Positions 47,808-57,399 are shown, counted from the stretch's first letter. The stretch is 64,000 nucleotides of DNA from a virus (IMGVR_UViG_3300020577_008610:96001-160000), one strand, 5' to 3'. Notes: a model not told the origin generated them from the letters alone. Program-made: numbers and translations.

Positions 47808-48791
47808 TTAGGAGAACAGGTGGCGACAGATGGCCGACCCTCTATGTTCTAGGTGCTTCCATTTGGTCTTGAAGGAATCCGTGTTGGTACCGCCAAAAAG
47901 TGTTGCATCGGAATGTACCTCGGCTAGACCAGCAAGCAGCAGAGCTGCTTCTTCAGGTCTTTTGCTGAACTCTTTCGCTTCTTTAGCGGATAAACAGTGA
48001 AGATCCATGTCCATCTCGATTAGTCGAGCTACCTCTTTCTGCTCGGGATAGAGTTCACGGAAAATCTGAGCGGATATCTTGGCATGATTGGGGTAATAGA
48101 CCTTGCCCTCAGCGTCAACCTCACGGCAGAAAGGTTTGCCGCAATCATGCCATAAAGCGTACTTCTCAAGGATGTGATCCGGAGGAAGTTTCTCTTGAAG
48201 CTTCTTGCCATAGGCCATGAGCCACTGTGGAAATCTCCATTGTTTCTGGTAGGAGTAGTGAGGATCCCGAAGGAACTGAAGAAGATCAAGCAGGTGTTCT
48301 TTGACAGATCCGCCGTGTTGAAGTATGTTCTGTCCAGAAGTCTGCTGGGTATTCTCCATGGCTTCCACCACTTCAAACTTCCTCTTCAGACGCTCCGGAG
48401 CACCTTCATTCACCCTTTTCCCAGCCAGAGGAAGACCAGAACAAACCTTCTTTACGTCAGGCCCAGGAACTATTGAAATGGCTGTCAACTCATTCCCAAT
48501 GTCAGGCTCTCGGAACTCGGCAAACCGAATCCCCTTTTCTTTGAGCTTCAGAGAGAATTCAATGAGCTTCAGCTCATTGGGAACGTTCAGGCAGATTACG
48601 GAGTTGCTGGTCCGATACCACTCTTTCCACTCTTCAGGGAAGGATGCTGCAAACTCCATGGCAGCGTGTGTTGTCTGTGGAACTTGGTAGCCGGTAGGTA
48701 GGTCAGAATGGGTCACAACATAGAGTTTGTGGCCAGTCTGTTCAGACAGGGGGAGTTGAACAAGAATTCAAGCTTCGTGGTTGGTGTTCAT
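47808..48791 (-). CDS. PTH2-like peptidyl-tRNA hydrolase fused to HD domain; in-frame TGA at codon 8
   Basis: ATG 48791 MNTNHEA*ILVQ..KLYVVTHSDL..Q..HAA..FREPDIGNELTAI; HD domain LWHDCGK..NHA. Confidence 0.75.
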
Positions 48792-48865
48792 TTCTCTTCT
48801 ATTTTGTAGATATTCGGGACGGTTGTCTTGATGTTTCGGATCAGAAAGAGTTAGAGTTCATCTCA

Positions 48866-49240
48866 TCAATGTTCAGCATCGAACTCCTGGACCTCATACC
48901 ATCCGATGTTCAGGCAGTCCATAATCTCTCCTGCCTTCTCGTCGGAAATATTGTTTGGGACACGGGTGGTAGCCCAGTCCAGGTCAGTTAGAGGATCACC
49001 CGTCAGTAGCTCACAAAGCTTGCTATACTTGCCTGGAAAGCAAATGTCCGAGATGTTATTCTCATCCCCCGCATAGGAACCAAGGCTAATTCCCTTGACT
49101 TCCTTGATATTCAGGTTTCGAGCATATTGCTCAGCGGATACTTTTTTGCTGAATACCCTTTTATTGGTACCACCAGACCTGTGATAGAATTGGTCGTCAT
49201 ACTCCCAATTTGCCTCAACCACAATGTAGACTTTACCCAT
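48866..49240 (-). CDS. Hypothetical protein
   Basis: WEYDD motif, 124 aa. Confidence 0.65.
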   Translation of the reverse strand: MGKVYIVVEANWEYDDQFYHRSGGTNKRVFSKKVSAEQYARNLNIKEVKGISLGSYAGDENNISDICFPGKYSKLCELLTGDPLTDLDWATTRVPNNISDEKAGEIMDCLNIGWYEVQEFDAEH

Positions 49241-49563
49241 GGCCCCAATCTAACACTGAGGCCACAGGAAATCAACCTGTCATCTTCCGGAGAGTAGCTC
49301 CAAGGAGTGCTTGGTAGGGCCCCGGAAAGGCCACAGAAATGTGGTACCGAGGGTTGGTTGGGTTGTGAGAGAAGTTAGCATTCAAGATGCCAATGAACCT
49401 GACAATGCCCACTCTTTGACCATTTTTCTCAGCCAAGAGTTGATCCCCAGGCACAAGTTGCGGTTGGGGGACTTGGAAGTGCCCCTGAACCAAAATGCCA
49501 TTCTGAAACGGGATAGAATTTTCTACCAAGAACATACTACACCTGCTGCCCATACTTATGGGT

Positions 49564-49890
49564 ATGAAAAAGTTGGAATTTTACTCTATCATTCGGGAAG
49601 CAGTCAAGAATGCCTTGATAGAAGCTTTGGACTACCATGGAATGGAAGAGCCAAAGGAAATCCGCAAGGCAAGGTTGGCAGGCAGAGCGCAAGCACGAGC
49701 AAAGCTAGCAGGAAAAACACCCGCAGAGCTAGAACAAGCTTATTTGGCTATTGAAAGGCAGTCAGAGAGGGAATATGAGGACCCTATCAGAAGCGAATAC
49801 CTCCTGGGAGCTAGAGAGCAAGTTCGAGACATGCTGAAGAAGCTTGGTCGTGGACTTCCGAAAAGGTCACAAGATCCCTGGACCCGCTAA
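49564..49890 (+). CDS. Probable virion-packaged protein
   Basis: MKKLEFYSIIREAV leader; TACTTA motif. Confidence 0.6.
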   Translation: MKKLEFYSIIREAVKNALIEALDYHGMEEPKEIRKARLAGRAQARAKLAGKTPAELEQAYLAIERQSEREYEDPIRSEYLLGAREQVRDMLKKLGRGLPKRSQDPWTR

Positions 49891-49898
49891 CGAAGCGG

Positions 49899-50153
49899 TT
49901 AGCTTGCCTTCGTTGAACAGGTTGGCCTGTCCGAAATCGGTCGGGGCCGGAGCCTCCCATCTTGGTTCTTGAGCCTAAGCTCTGCTTCTTTCTCCGGGCC
50001 AATACGAGAGAAGATTAAGCTTACAACCTTGCTAGTCTGCTCCTGGGCTAGTTCGGTGGTGAAGCCCGCTGCTACTGCAGCGGCAAACACCTCAGTCCAG
50101 AGCTCTTCTCGTGTGGTTACTTGAACTTCGATGGTCTTGAGAACTTTTTCCAT
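49899..50153 (-). CDS. Hypothetical protein
   Basis: Short ORF. Confidence 0.5.
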   Translation of the reverse strand: MEKVLKTIEVQVTTREELWTEVFAAAVAAGFTTELAQEQTSKVVSLIFSRIGPEKEAELRLKNQDGRLRPRPISDRPTCSTKAS

Positions 50154-50330
50154 ATTGGTAACTATGGAAATGCTAGAACAACTCGGGGATGCCAAACTTC
50201 GTGAAGTCATTCCAAGGAATCCGAATAGGGCGATTCGCCGGAACGGCAGGACCATCCTCACCATTCTGAAGGCCACCCAGAAGGGAACTTCCCGTTGAGT
50301 CCGAGGGCTCAAAGCAAAGAGGAGATGGAG

Positions 50331-50714
50331 TCAATCAATGGGGTCGTCGATGGCCTGCCGAGCTCCTTCTGGGGTCTCGTTCAGGATGGTCTGGTAATGC
50401 CCCTCCTGGACCTTGAAGTCCCAACCACCAACAGCCTGAGCGGTCTTCAGGGAGTATGGACTACCTCTCCACCCGAAGGCAGTCACGCCTTTATTCGTGG
50501 AGAACCACATCAGGTCCCCGGCGGGATCACTGCCGGGCTGGACGTTTTGGAGGAATTTTACGGCTTCAGCTGAAAGACCCAGGTTCCGCTTAGCGTTGTT
50601 GATCACACACCTCAGTTTCCCGTTTCCGGCTGGAGTGAAGTCCGGGTGGGACTCTTCAGGATTGAAGGTTTCAATCACGAGATAGCCTTTGTACACCGTT
50701 GCCTTGACCTTCAT
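50331..50714 (-). CDS. Hypothetical protein
   Basis: AAGGA RBS. Confidence 0.65.
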   Translation of the reverse strand: MKVKATVYKGYLVIETFNPEESHPDFTPAGNGKLRCVINNAKRNLGLSAEAVKFLQNVQPGSDPAGDLMWFSTNKGVTAFGWRGSPYSLKTAQAVGGWDFKVQEGHYQTILNETPEGARQAIDDPID

Positions 50715-50791
50715 TTTTTTCCTTTGTTGCCAAGGCCGTTTAGGCTCTTGGGCTTGTTCTAGATGCCAGTGTTGGCTTTGTTTCTTTTCTG

Positions 50792-51034
50792 TCAGTAGCC
50801 CGTATAGTCATTTGCAAGGTCTTTGTAGTGACGTGGAGGACTATCATCCGGGTCACCCGGATCGTAGGAGCGCTTTGTCTCCGCAAGCTTCTCGAAGAGA
50901 GTTGCATCTTCGATTTTCCCATCAGGACAGAATTTCTGCTTGTATTCCAAAGCTAGATCGTGAGAACCAAATGCCTTGGTCTTCTCCCCTTTGGAAACAA
51001 CAAGGTAAATAGCCTTTGTGGTGTTGTGGCTCAT
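50792..51034 (-). CDS. Hypothetical protein
   Basis: AGGAG RBS. Confidence 0.6.
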   Translation of the reverse strand: MSHNTTKAIYLVVSKGEKTKAFGSHDLALEYKQKFCPDGKIEDATLFEKLAETKRSYDPGDPDDSPPRHYKDLANDYTGY

Positions 51035-51043
51035 TACGGGCTC

Positions 51044-51283
51044 CTAGTCATTGGGGCGCAACGCCGAGAAGATACCAGGAGTACAACGCTCCTGGGTGTC
51101 AATGATCCTGATGACAGGGAGACTGCAGAGATAGGCATCTCGCCGGAACAAAGCGGCGAGGTTTCTCTCTTCCACAACCACGGACTTCATCTCCGTGAAA
51201 ACCGTGACCGTTCGTTTGCTTTTCCCTTCCCCTTTTTCGCACTGCTCTTTGACGCCACCGACCACCTTAACGCGCTTGCTCAT
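51044..51283 (-). CDS. Hypothetical protein
   Basis: ATGA-coupled short ORF. Confidence 0.5.
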   Translation of the reverse strand: MSKRVKVVGGVKEQCEKGEGKSKRTVTVFTEMKSVVVEERNLAALFRRDAYLCSLPVIRIIDTQERCTPGIFSALRPND

Positions 51284-51687
51284 TTGCTCTGTTCCTTTGT
51301 TTCTTCGTTTTTTTTAACAAAGAGGCAGAACCAACTCTGCCTCAATCCCAACCGTTTTAACACATCACAGCAGAAACCAACACCTTTTATTGAGAGCCGC
51401 CTAAGAAGGCCTAGGAAGGCCCCAAAGAAAGGGGTGGCAAGCCCCGAAAGACTCTCCGTCATGTTTCTGTTCGTCCTCGTTGCAAGCCTCCCTGGAAGGC
51501 CAGCAAGAAAGCTCAGGACGAAGGATCTTCCGATAGCACCAGACTCGAACAGGAGGGCTGGATTCCTGAACGGGAATGGGGGACAAACAGCCTTTTAGGA
51601 TGATGAGAGTGAAAATCAAAACTGAAAGAAGCCAGCAATTCTTCATGATGTGAGTGTCAGAAGTCAAGTTTATGTTGTGCGGCGATA

Positions 51688-51927
51688 TCAGCTTTGTTCA
51701 ACTTGGTAGTACTTCAAGGCAAGATCAATGATCTGAAGCCAGTCCGCATTGAATCGTTCCAAATCCCACTTGGCATTGGACAGTTTTGCTCGGAGGATTT
51801 TGTCCACCGTAGCCAACCTATCCTTTTGGGGAATTTCCAAGCTAATTTTCGGGATGATGACGACAATGATGTTGTCAAAGTATTCCAGGAATTCCCGGTC
51901 AAACCTAACAGCTTTTATCAATTCCAT
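51688..51927 (-). CDS. Hypothetical protein
   Basis: Short ORF. Confidence 0.5.
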   Translation of the reverse strand: MELIKAVRFDREFLEYFDNIIVVIIPKISLEIPQKDRLATVDKILRAKLSNAKWDLERFNADWLQIIDLALKYYQVEQS

Positions 51928-52033
51928 TGCTTTGCCATGAACCTTTTTCTCGGACGAAAAATCAAGCTATTTCTTTCCCAGATTACGGCATGTTTGAATG
52001 GTCAGGAACCTGATAGTTGAACTCAGACCCTTT

Positions 52034-52113
52034 TGGTCGGGAAAGGGAGACTTGAACTCCCATGATGTCCTGTTCCCAAAACAGGCGGCTTGATCCAATT
52101 AGCCCATTTCCCG
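52034..52113 (-). tRNA. tRNA-Pro(TGG)
   Basis: Cloverleaf, encoded CCA. Confidence 0.9.
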
Positions 52114-52144
52114 ATGTCTAAAATAACTAGATTCTTTCGCTGTC

Positions 52145-52573
52145 TTACCAATTATTGCCAACCAGGTTGGGCATCCATACCTGGGTGTGGTTCCGAGTGG
52201 TCTTCACTCGGTTGTGGCTTGGAAAGGCCATCTGGTGAAGACAGAGGTACATCCAAGCTTCCTTGCCATTGGCCAGTTTTACTAGCTCTCGGCGGTAAAA
52301 ATACCCATTGCTTTCCAGCCTGTCAAGTTCTTCTAGGATCTTGTTGTCCACTTCATACAGCTCGCCTTCGATGCTGTATGAAGGCCCGCCGGTTTTCGTG
52401 TGAGCCTTTCCAGCGGGAACCACCTTGTAAACGGCCGGAAAGGCACCGAAGGACTCCATTCGGAAAACCTGGTTCGCAGTTCGGGTCTCACCCAAGAAGG
52501 CAGCTCCTTCCAGCCTGGGGTGGTTGGCAAACCCCCTCTTCAAACTTCCGTAGACAAAAATCAAGTGGGCCAT
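52145..52573 (-). CDS. Gamma-glutamylcyclotransferase family protein
   Basis: FVYGSLKRG, GELYEV, LDRLE, YRRE. Confidence 0.9.
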   Translation of the reverse strand: MAHLIFVYGSLKRGFANHPRLEGAAFLGETRTANQVFRMESFGAFPAVYKVVPAGKAHTKTGGPSYSIEGELYEVDNKILEELDRLESNGYFYRRELVKLANGKEAWMYLCLHQMAFPSHNRVKTTRNHTQVWMPNLVGNNW

Positions 52574-52643
52574 GAGCAATTCCTATGCTGTTTTAGGACC
52601 TATGATTCGTAGACGAAAACGAGATAGGTCATGGTGAGTACCG

Positions 52644-52913
52644 TTAGTTGTTGTCCAAAACGTTAGTGAGCCCAACAATAGACACAATTTCGTAATAAAT
52701 CAAAGAGCTCAGGAACTTTTCTGCATTTTCAGTTCGGATGTAGATCCCGACCTTTCGTCCCCGTTCGGCACAATCGTGCATAAATTCATATTCGTCCTCA
52801 GAAGAAGCGAAGCTGGCCGTACGCATTTTCTTGACAAATTCTTCAGGGGTGCCAGCCTCCAACTCTTTCCCGTCTGTAAATCTGTACCTCATGAGAGTCT
52901 CCAGGGATTCCAT
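52644..52913 (-). CDS. Small protein of the amidoligase cluster
   Basis: PEEFV..MR..S; lies between amidoligase and GGCT. Confidence 0.6.
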   Translation of the reverse strand: MESLETLMRYRFTDGKELEAGTPEEFVKKMRTASFASSEDEYEFMHDCAERGRKVGIYIRTENAEKFLSSLIYYEIVSIVGLTNVLDNN

Positions 52914-52971
52914 TGTAGCGCCTCGATGGGCTGAGTGGAATGCAGGAGGCATTTAGCCCCCCTTTGGCCTC

Positions 52972-54021
52972 TCAGGAGGCAAGATCCATTGCACGCTCCT
53001 GGAAGTAAGAGATGGTGCTCTGCTCCAGGCCCATAAATATTCCGGTATCGACCGGCATTTCTACCCGATGAACAACTGTGGGGACAGTCACGGCCACCAT
53101 GGCTAGGAGACTCTGCGAGCAGTCCCGGTAGTACCCACGGCCCCGTCGGGCCGAAATTTCTGCGGCGGGGTATTTTTTGCGAAAAGCCGAGATGTAGTTG
53201 GGAACTGTACCCTCATCAACACCCATCGCAGCAGCCAGGGTGGCAGCCGAAACATAGTTGTAACGGCTCGAATCATCCAAGAGGCTTGCCATTGCAGCAA
53301 ACTTCTTCTCGATGGCATTCTTGCGGAGCCCCGCCGTAGCATTCGACCCACCAACCTCTTCCCGAACCATGTTGATGGAAATCTTGCTGGTCTCCACGAA
53401 ATTTACACAGAAGAGGATCCATGGAATCATTTTGCGGGCTTCTACCGTGCCCGAATGCTGGCGGAACTCAACCGTCCCGTGACGGACGAAGGAGCAAAGA
53501 TTTAGTTTGTAATATCGATTAGATACCATCCCGGACACGGTGCGGTTCGACGCATCCATGCTCAGGTTCTGGAACCGACTGGCTAGTCCAACAACAGACG
53601 CACAAAACCTGTTGTTGTTTTCACGCCGACTCTTTGGCATGAACGCATCAATTTGCGTTTCGTACTTGGCATAGCGGGTCAGGATGTTGGCAATCGTGGG
53701 GCCGTTCAGGTCCCGAGCATCCACGTGAACGTGAAAGCCACAATCCTTTTCCACCTTGGCCCCGGCACCCACCAGGGCATCCGACACCTTCTGAACCTGA
53801 GCCAGACCATCCTGGCCCGAGAGGATGGGGCTGACAACCTCGAAGCCGCCCATCACGGAAGCGTCCGTGACGATCTTCCAAGCCGGACGAGCCTGGTGGT
53901 TATAGGACTCGATGTTGCACTCAATACCAGCAGCCTGGATGGCCGTGAGCGCTTGCTGCATGGTGATGCCCTTGCACTCGATTTCGATCCCGAAGCTGCG
54001 GTTGCTGGTGATGTTCATCAT
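52972..54021 (-). CDS. Putative amidoligase (COOH-NH2 ligase type 2) with C-terminal winged HTH
   Basis: FGIEIE, DAS, EVVSPIL, CGFHVH, RYYKLN, TVEFRQH. Confidence 0.88.
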   Translation of the reverse strand: MMNITSNRSFGIEIECKGITMQQALTAIQAAGIECNIESYNHQARPAWKIVTDASVMGGFEVVSPILSGQDGLAQVQKVSDALVGAGAKVEKDCGFHVHVDARDLNGPTIANILTRYAKYETQIDAFMPKSRRENNNRFCASVVGLASRFQNLSMDASNRTVSGMVSNRYYKLNLCSFVRHGTVEFRQHSGTVEARKMIPWILFCVNFVETSKISINMVREEVGGSNATAGLRKNAIEKKFAAMASLLDDSSRYNYVSAATLAAAMGVDEGTVPNYISAFRKKYPAAEISARRGRGYYRDCSQSLLAMVAVTVPTVVHRVEMPVDTGIFMGLEQSTISYFQERAMDLAS

Positions 54022-54159
54022 TTGTCGTCCTCGCTCCTTACGCAAAACAATCTAACATCCCTCACGGCACCGTCAACGCCCCCTTTTCATTTTCTTGCGA
54101 GGGGGTTTTCTTTTTTTGTGATGGTCTTGGGAGACACCTACCTACCCTGTAGGACACCT

Positions 54160-54933
54160 ATGACAAAATGGAATGAACCACCTGAGCCTGTTCCTTCTTG
54201 GCTAGACCCAGCCAATGAGGTAACCACAGCAACCGACACCAAACCTTCCTCCTGGAAGTCTATGAGTCTCGGTGAGCTAAGACCTGCTTTCGTCATTGCC
54301 TGCTACATTGCCCTTTGGAACCTTGGGCTGACTCCATGGCAAGCCTTGGAAGTCCTTGGAAATGCCGTTGTTGAGACCGGCTGGGGACAGTTCTTCCGAG
54401 CCTGGAACCTTGGAGGTTGGAAAATTCGGAAAACTGACGTGGATGCCATGAGGGCCAAAGGGAAAAAAGCCCTTTGGTGGAGAGCTCCAGGCAACAAGGC
54501 TCCTGGAGCCACCCTGCAAGACTACAAGGGAGGTGACCCTCCTTGGTGCTACTACCGAGGATTTGAGTCAATGGAAGCCTTCTTCGCTGAGTGGATCCCC
54601 AAGTTTGTGCCAAAGCCTGGCGCTTCAACGGGACGGTACAAGAAGACTGGAGAAGTCTTCTGGTCCAAGGGAGATTGGTTCCGTGAACTGTGTCTTGCCG
54701 GGTACAAGGGCTCGAACACCCAGAAGGCACCTGATGGATCCGTGGCTTCTCATCGCCAAATCGTCACAATGGCCTTGAGGTTCCTTTGTCAAAAGGCCCT
54801 CGGAGTCACTGTTGACGGAACCTGGGGTCCAAAGAGCACCCAAGCCTGCAAGGATGCCGAGAAGGCCCATGGACTCCCAGAGACGGGTCAACCTTCACTC
54901 GCTCTCCTGGAAGCCATTCCTGTGACCTCCTAG
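54160..54933 (+). CDS. Endolysin-like glucosaminidase/lysozyme with peptidoglycan-binding domain
   Basis: ETGWG, WNLGG.K, YRGF.S, AGY; QKALGVTVDGTWGPKS..HGL..TG. Confidence 0.75.
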   Translation: MTKWNEPPEPVPSWLDPANEVTTATDTKPSSWKSMSLGELRPAFVIACYIALWNLGLTPWQALEVLGNAVVETGWGQFFRAWNLGGWKIRKTDVDAMRAKGKKALWWRAPGNKAPGATLQDYKGGDPPWCYYRGFESMEAFFAEWIPKFVPKPGASTGRYKKTGEVFWSKGDWFRELCLAGYKGSNTQKAPDGSVASHRQIVTMALRFLCQKALGVTVDGTWGPKSTQACKDAEKAHGLPETGQPSLALLEAIPVTS

Positions 54934-54954
54934 AGTCAGCAAAAGCCCAAAATG

Positions 54955-54994
54955 AAAGAAAGCCGGTTGACAACATCAACCGGCTTTCTTTTTT
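54955..54994. terminator. Bidirectional intrinsic terminator
   Basis: AAGAAAGCCGGTTGA/TCAACCGGCTTTCTT between convergent units. Confidence 0.85.
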
Positions 54995-54998
54995 GTAG

Positions 54999-55071
54999 CA
55001 GGGGTGCTCAGATTTGAACTGAGACGAGAAGTTTTGGAGGCTTCCATGCTGCCAGATTACATCACACCCCT
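54999..55071 (-). tRNA. tRNA-Trp(CCA)
   Basis: Cloverleaf, G73. Confidence 0.88.
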
Positions 55072-55087
55072 ATGGTTTGTTAAGCTT

Positions 55088-55390
55088 TCAACGACTCTCT
55101 TTTCCCGCAATTATCCGAACCAGATACCAAGATAGCATTGCTGCCAGAACAAGTACGCCATAACCGCAAGTTGCAATAGCCAGGAATAGCAAAATAGTAA
55201 CTGCCAAGGGATTCGTGTGTAGTACTTGTGGGTTTGACGCCATAAGCCAATGAGCAACTACGCACACCAAAAAGCACATATCCCCAATTATCACCCCAAG
55301 TGCTGAGGCAATAAGACGTTCTCGAAAGTTTTTCGAGGTAATTGCAGAGGTTTCCTTAATTTCGCTTTCGTCCAACTTGCGATAATGCAT
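55088..55390 (-). CDS. Two-TM membrane protein
   Basis: Two hydrophobic segments. Confidence 0.55.
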   Translation of the reverse strand: MHYRKLDESEIKETSAITSKNFRERLIASALGVIIGDMCFLVCVVAHWLMASNPQVLHTNPLAVTILLFLAIATCGYGVLVLAAMLSWYLVRIIAGKESR

Positions 55391-55510
55391 GATTGCTTTA
55401 TGTGAGAGTGCGAATCCTTTGCTTTGCATCTTCAGGCAGGCGCATATGCCAGCCATGCAAAGGATACATTTACCTGTCTTTCCAGGCTCTCTGAGAGTTG
55501 AAGAGTTACT

Positions 55511-55586
55511 TGGTCCTCCCGTCGGGCTTCGATTCCGAATCTCCGGGGTTTCAATCCGGCACACTTACAACTTGTGCTACAGGAGG
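55511..55586 (-). tRNA. tRNA-Phe(GAA), atypical T-loop
   Basis: TT-GAA-AC loop, encoded CCA, T-loop lacks TTC. Confidence 0.7.
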
Positions 55587-55589
55587 ATA

Positions 55590-55664
55590 TGGCTCACAGG
55601 GAGGGAGTCGAACCCCCACCGAGGCAAGTTACAGCTTGCTGCCCTACCATTGGGCGACCTGTGA
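55590..55664 (-). tRNA. Asn-like tRNA with 6-nt anticodon loop
   Basis: T1-A72, G73, CCA; loop CTGTAA. Confidence 0.7.
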
Positions 55665-55678
55665 ATAGCGGCTCTATC

Positions 55679-56056
55679 TTAGGGCTTGTTGCCCTTCTTG
55701 TCAAACACCACCGAGTAAATATTTGCTTTTGACGTTTCTTGCCCCAGGGAAGCAGTAGTTGGAGTTGGCCGAATTGCCTTCAGTCGCTTAGTAATCTCCA
55801 TTTGATCGGGGTCTTCGAACTCTAACCTGAAAAGGTGTTCGCTGCTATAGGCACAAACTACCGTCCAGCCTGCCCTCTTGTACCTCTCGATCAAGGTGTC
55901 AACGACACTCTTGTTCGAAGCTGTCACAAGGTAGCTTGTTTTGCCAGCAATGAGACGTTGCAGGAGATGCTTGTCAATCTCGTTTTCCAATGTCAGAAGT
56001 TCTCGGATTGTTGTCGAGGAAATCTGAGGGTTGGTGTCGTGAGTCTTGATAGCCAT
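55679..56056 (-). CDS. Hypothetical protein (paralog of 34039-34302)
   Basis: ENEIDKHL..RYKRAGW. Confidence 0.65.
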   Translation of the reverse strand: MAIKTHDTNPQISSTTIRELLTLENEIDKHLLQRLIAGKTSYLVTASNKSVVDTLIERYKRAGWTVVCAYSSEHLFRLEFEDPDQMEITKRLKAIRPTPTTASLGQETSKANIYSVVFDKKGNKP

Positions 56057-56114
56057 AACACCCCTAAGTAGGATCTTTCACTCTGTATTATGCCTTGCTT
56101 GAGAGGTTGGATAG

Positions 56115-56183
56115 TTCCGGCAAACGGACTCGAACCGTTTCTAAGCCCTTATGAAAAGCTCATGCTGCCCTGAGCGTGCCGGA
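56115..56183 (-). tRNA. tRNA-Met/Ile2(CAT), degenerate D arm
   Basis: TCCGGCA/TGCCGGA, TT-CAT-AA, canonical T arm. Confidence 0.6.
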
Positions 56184-56339
56184 AAAAGAGCTTTCCTTGT
56201 CATTGTTGCCCAATGGCAATGTGCTCGGAAAGCTCTTGCTAGAGGTTAATAAACGCTTGCCTAACACGCAGGAGCTTACCTCGATTCATAGTCGAGAGCC
56301 GCTGGCAAACAACAAGCTGAAGCTTTCGCTCCTTGTTTG

Positions 56340-56417
56340 TGGCCTCCAAAGGGGGATTTGAACCCAACCAACCTCTCGGTTCGTAGCCGAGTGCTCTATC
56401 CGTTGAGCTATATGGAG
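56340..56417 (-). tRNA. tRNA-Arg(ACG)
   Basis: CT-ACG-AA, encoded CCA. Confidence 0.85.
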
Positions 56418-56463
56418 ATTTCCAAAGCATTCCATTTAGTTGGAATAATGGAAGGTAAGCACG

Positions 56464-56997
56464 CTATTTCCGTTTTCGTCGCCACTGCTTTGGCTTTGTT
56501 CCTTCTGATAGAGCGTCTGCAGCACTTTGAAGGCCTGCTTTAACATTATCAAGTGTTGTTGCCATGTTGGGATCAGTTTTTGCTACTGTTTGGGATGCCT
56601 TGTCTACCGTTTGAATTGTGCTTTGAATTTCCGAAGAAACATTTTTTATAGCAGCAGCGCTTGCTCCGGATTGGTAAGCTCCCTGAACAGCTCCTGCTGC
56701 CCCTTTCACGGCTCCACCGACGGCTCCTGCTGCCTTCCCTGCAGCTCCCGCCACAGCTTGCCCAACCTTTTGAGCAGCACCGCCAACGGCCTGTCCAGCC
56801 CCTTTCACAGCTCCGCCAACAGCTTGGGCTCCTTTGGCGATTCCTTGACCGGCTCCTTTTGCAATTCCACCGAGGCCTCCCATAAAGGTTTTGAGACCAC
56901 CAAAAAGTTCTTCAAGCTCTTCTTCGTTAAGCTGACCCACTTCGGCCTGCACAGCTTCCAAAACTATCTTTTCCAGTTGCTCCTTCGTGACCTTCAT
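56464..56997 (-). CDS. Gly/Ala-repeat protein, probably virion-packaged
   Basis: MKVTKEQLEKIVLEAV..EELEELFGG leader; GAGQAVGGA repeats; TACTTA motif. Confidence 0.7.
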   Translation of the reverse strand: MKVTKEQLEKIVLEAVQAEVGQLNEEELEELFGGLKTFMGGLGGIAKGAGQGIAKGAQAVGGAVKGAGQAVGGAAQKVGQAVAGAAGKAAGAVGGAVKGAAGAVQGAYQSGASAAAIKNVSSEIQSTIQTVDKASQTVAKTDPNMATTLDNVKAGLQSAADALSEGTKPKQWRRKRK

Positions 56998-57046
56998 TGT
57001 TGCCTTAAACTCCACTGGAGTAAGTATTGTGCTCTTCAAGCGTTTG

Positions 57047-57089
57047 TGCTCCCGCCGAGACTCGAACTCGGATGTCCCATCCGGGACCA
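57047..57089 (-). pseudogene. 3' half of a tRNA-Leu-like gene
   Basis: Variable arm, T arm and CGGGAGC-A only. Confidence 0.55.
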
Positions 57090-57092
57090 AGG

Positions 57093-57183
57093 TGGTGCCG
57101 AATGGATTCGAACATTTGCTGTTACAACTCTCTATTCCAGGTCTTGCAAATAGAGCGTTCTATCCACCGTGGTACTCGGTCAC
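57093..57183 (-). tRNA. Degenerate tRNA-like gene with 16-nt anticodon loop
   Basis: CTCTA/TAGAG stem, GTTCGAATC, 3' CCA. Confidence 0.4.
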
Positions 57184-57384
57184 TTGCTGACGAAAATCAC
57201 AGATTTGAGCAGTCTTTTCTCGATGCTGTTCCTGAGCCTTGTTGGCCTTCAGGTACTTGCAGTGAGAACATTTCCGACTCGAACATCCGTGAAAAACCCT
57301 TCCAACCCACTCTGGTGGAATCTCCACGAGCTTGCCACGACGCATCCGGTAGAACTTTCCATCTTTCTCGATTCGCTTTGACAT
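57160..57384 (-). CDS. Small basic hypothetical protein
   Basis: RMRRGKLVEIPPEW; CSHC. Confidence 0.5.
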   Translation of the reverse strand: MSKRIEKDGKFYRMRRGKLVEIPPEWVGRVFHGCSSRKCSHCKYLKANKAQEQHREKTAQICDFRQQVTEYHGG

Positions 57385-57399
57385 TGGTCTTCCAACCTT

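Noticed and set aside
53653-54159. 426-aa version of the endolysin ORF
   Set aside because: The extension is antisense to the amidoligase; ATG 54160 has its own RBS
56680-56880. DNA repeat array
   Set aside because: Degenerate codons of Gly/Ala peptide repeats inside a CDS
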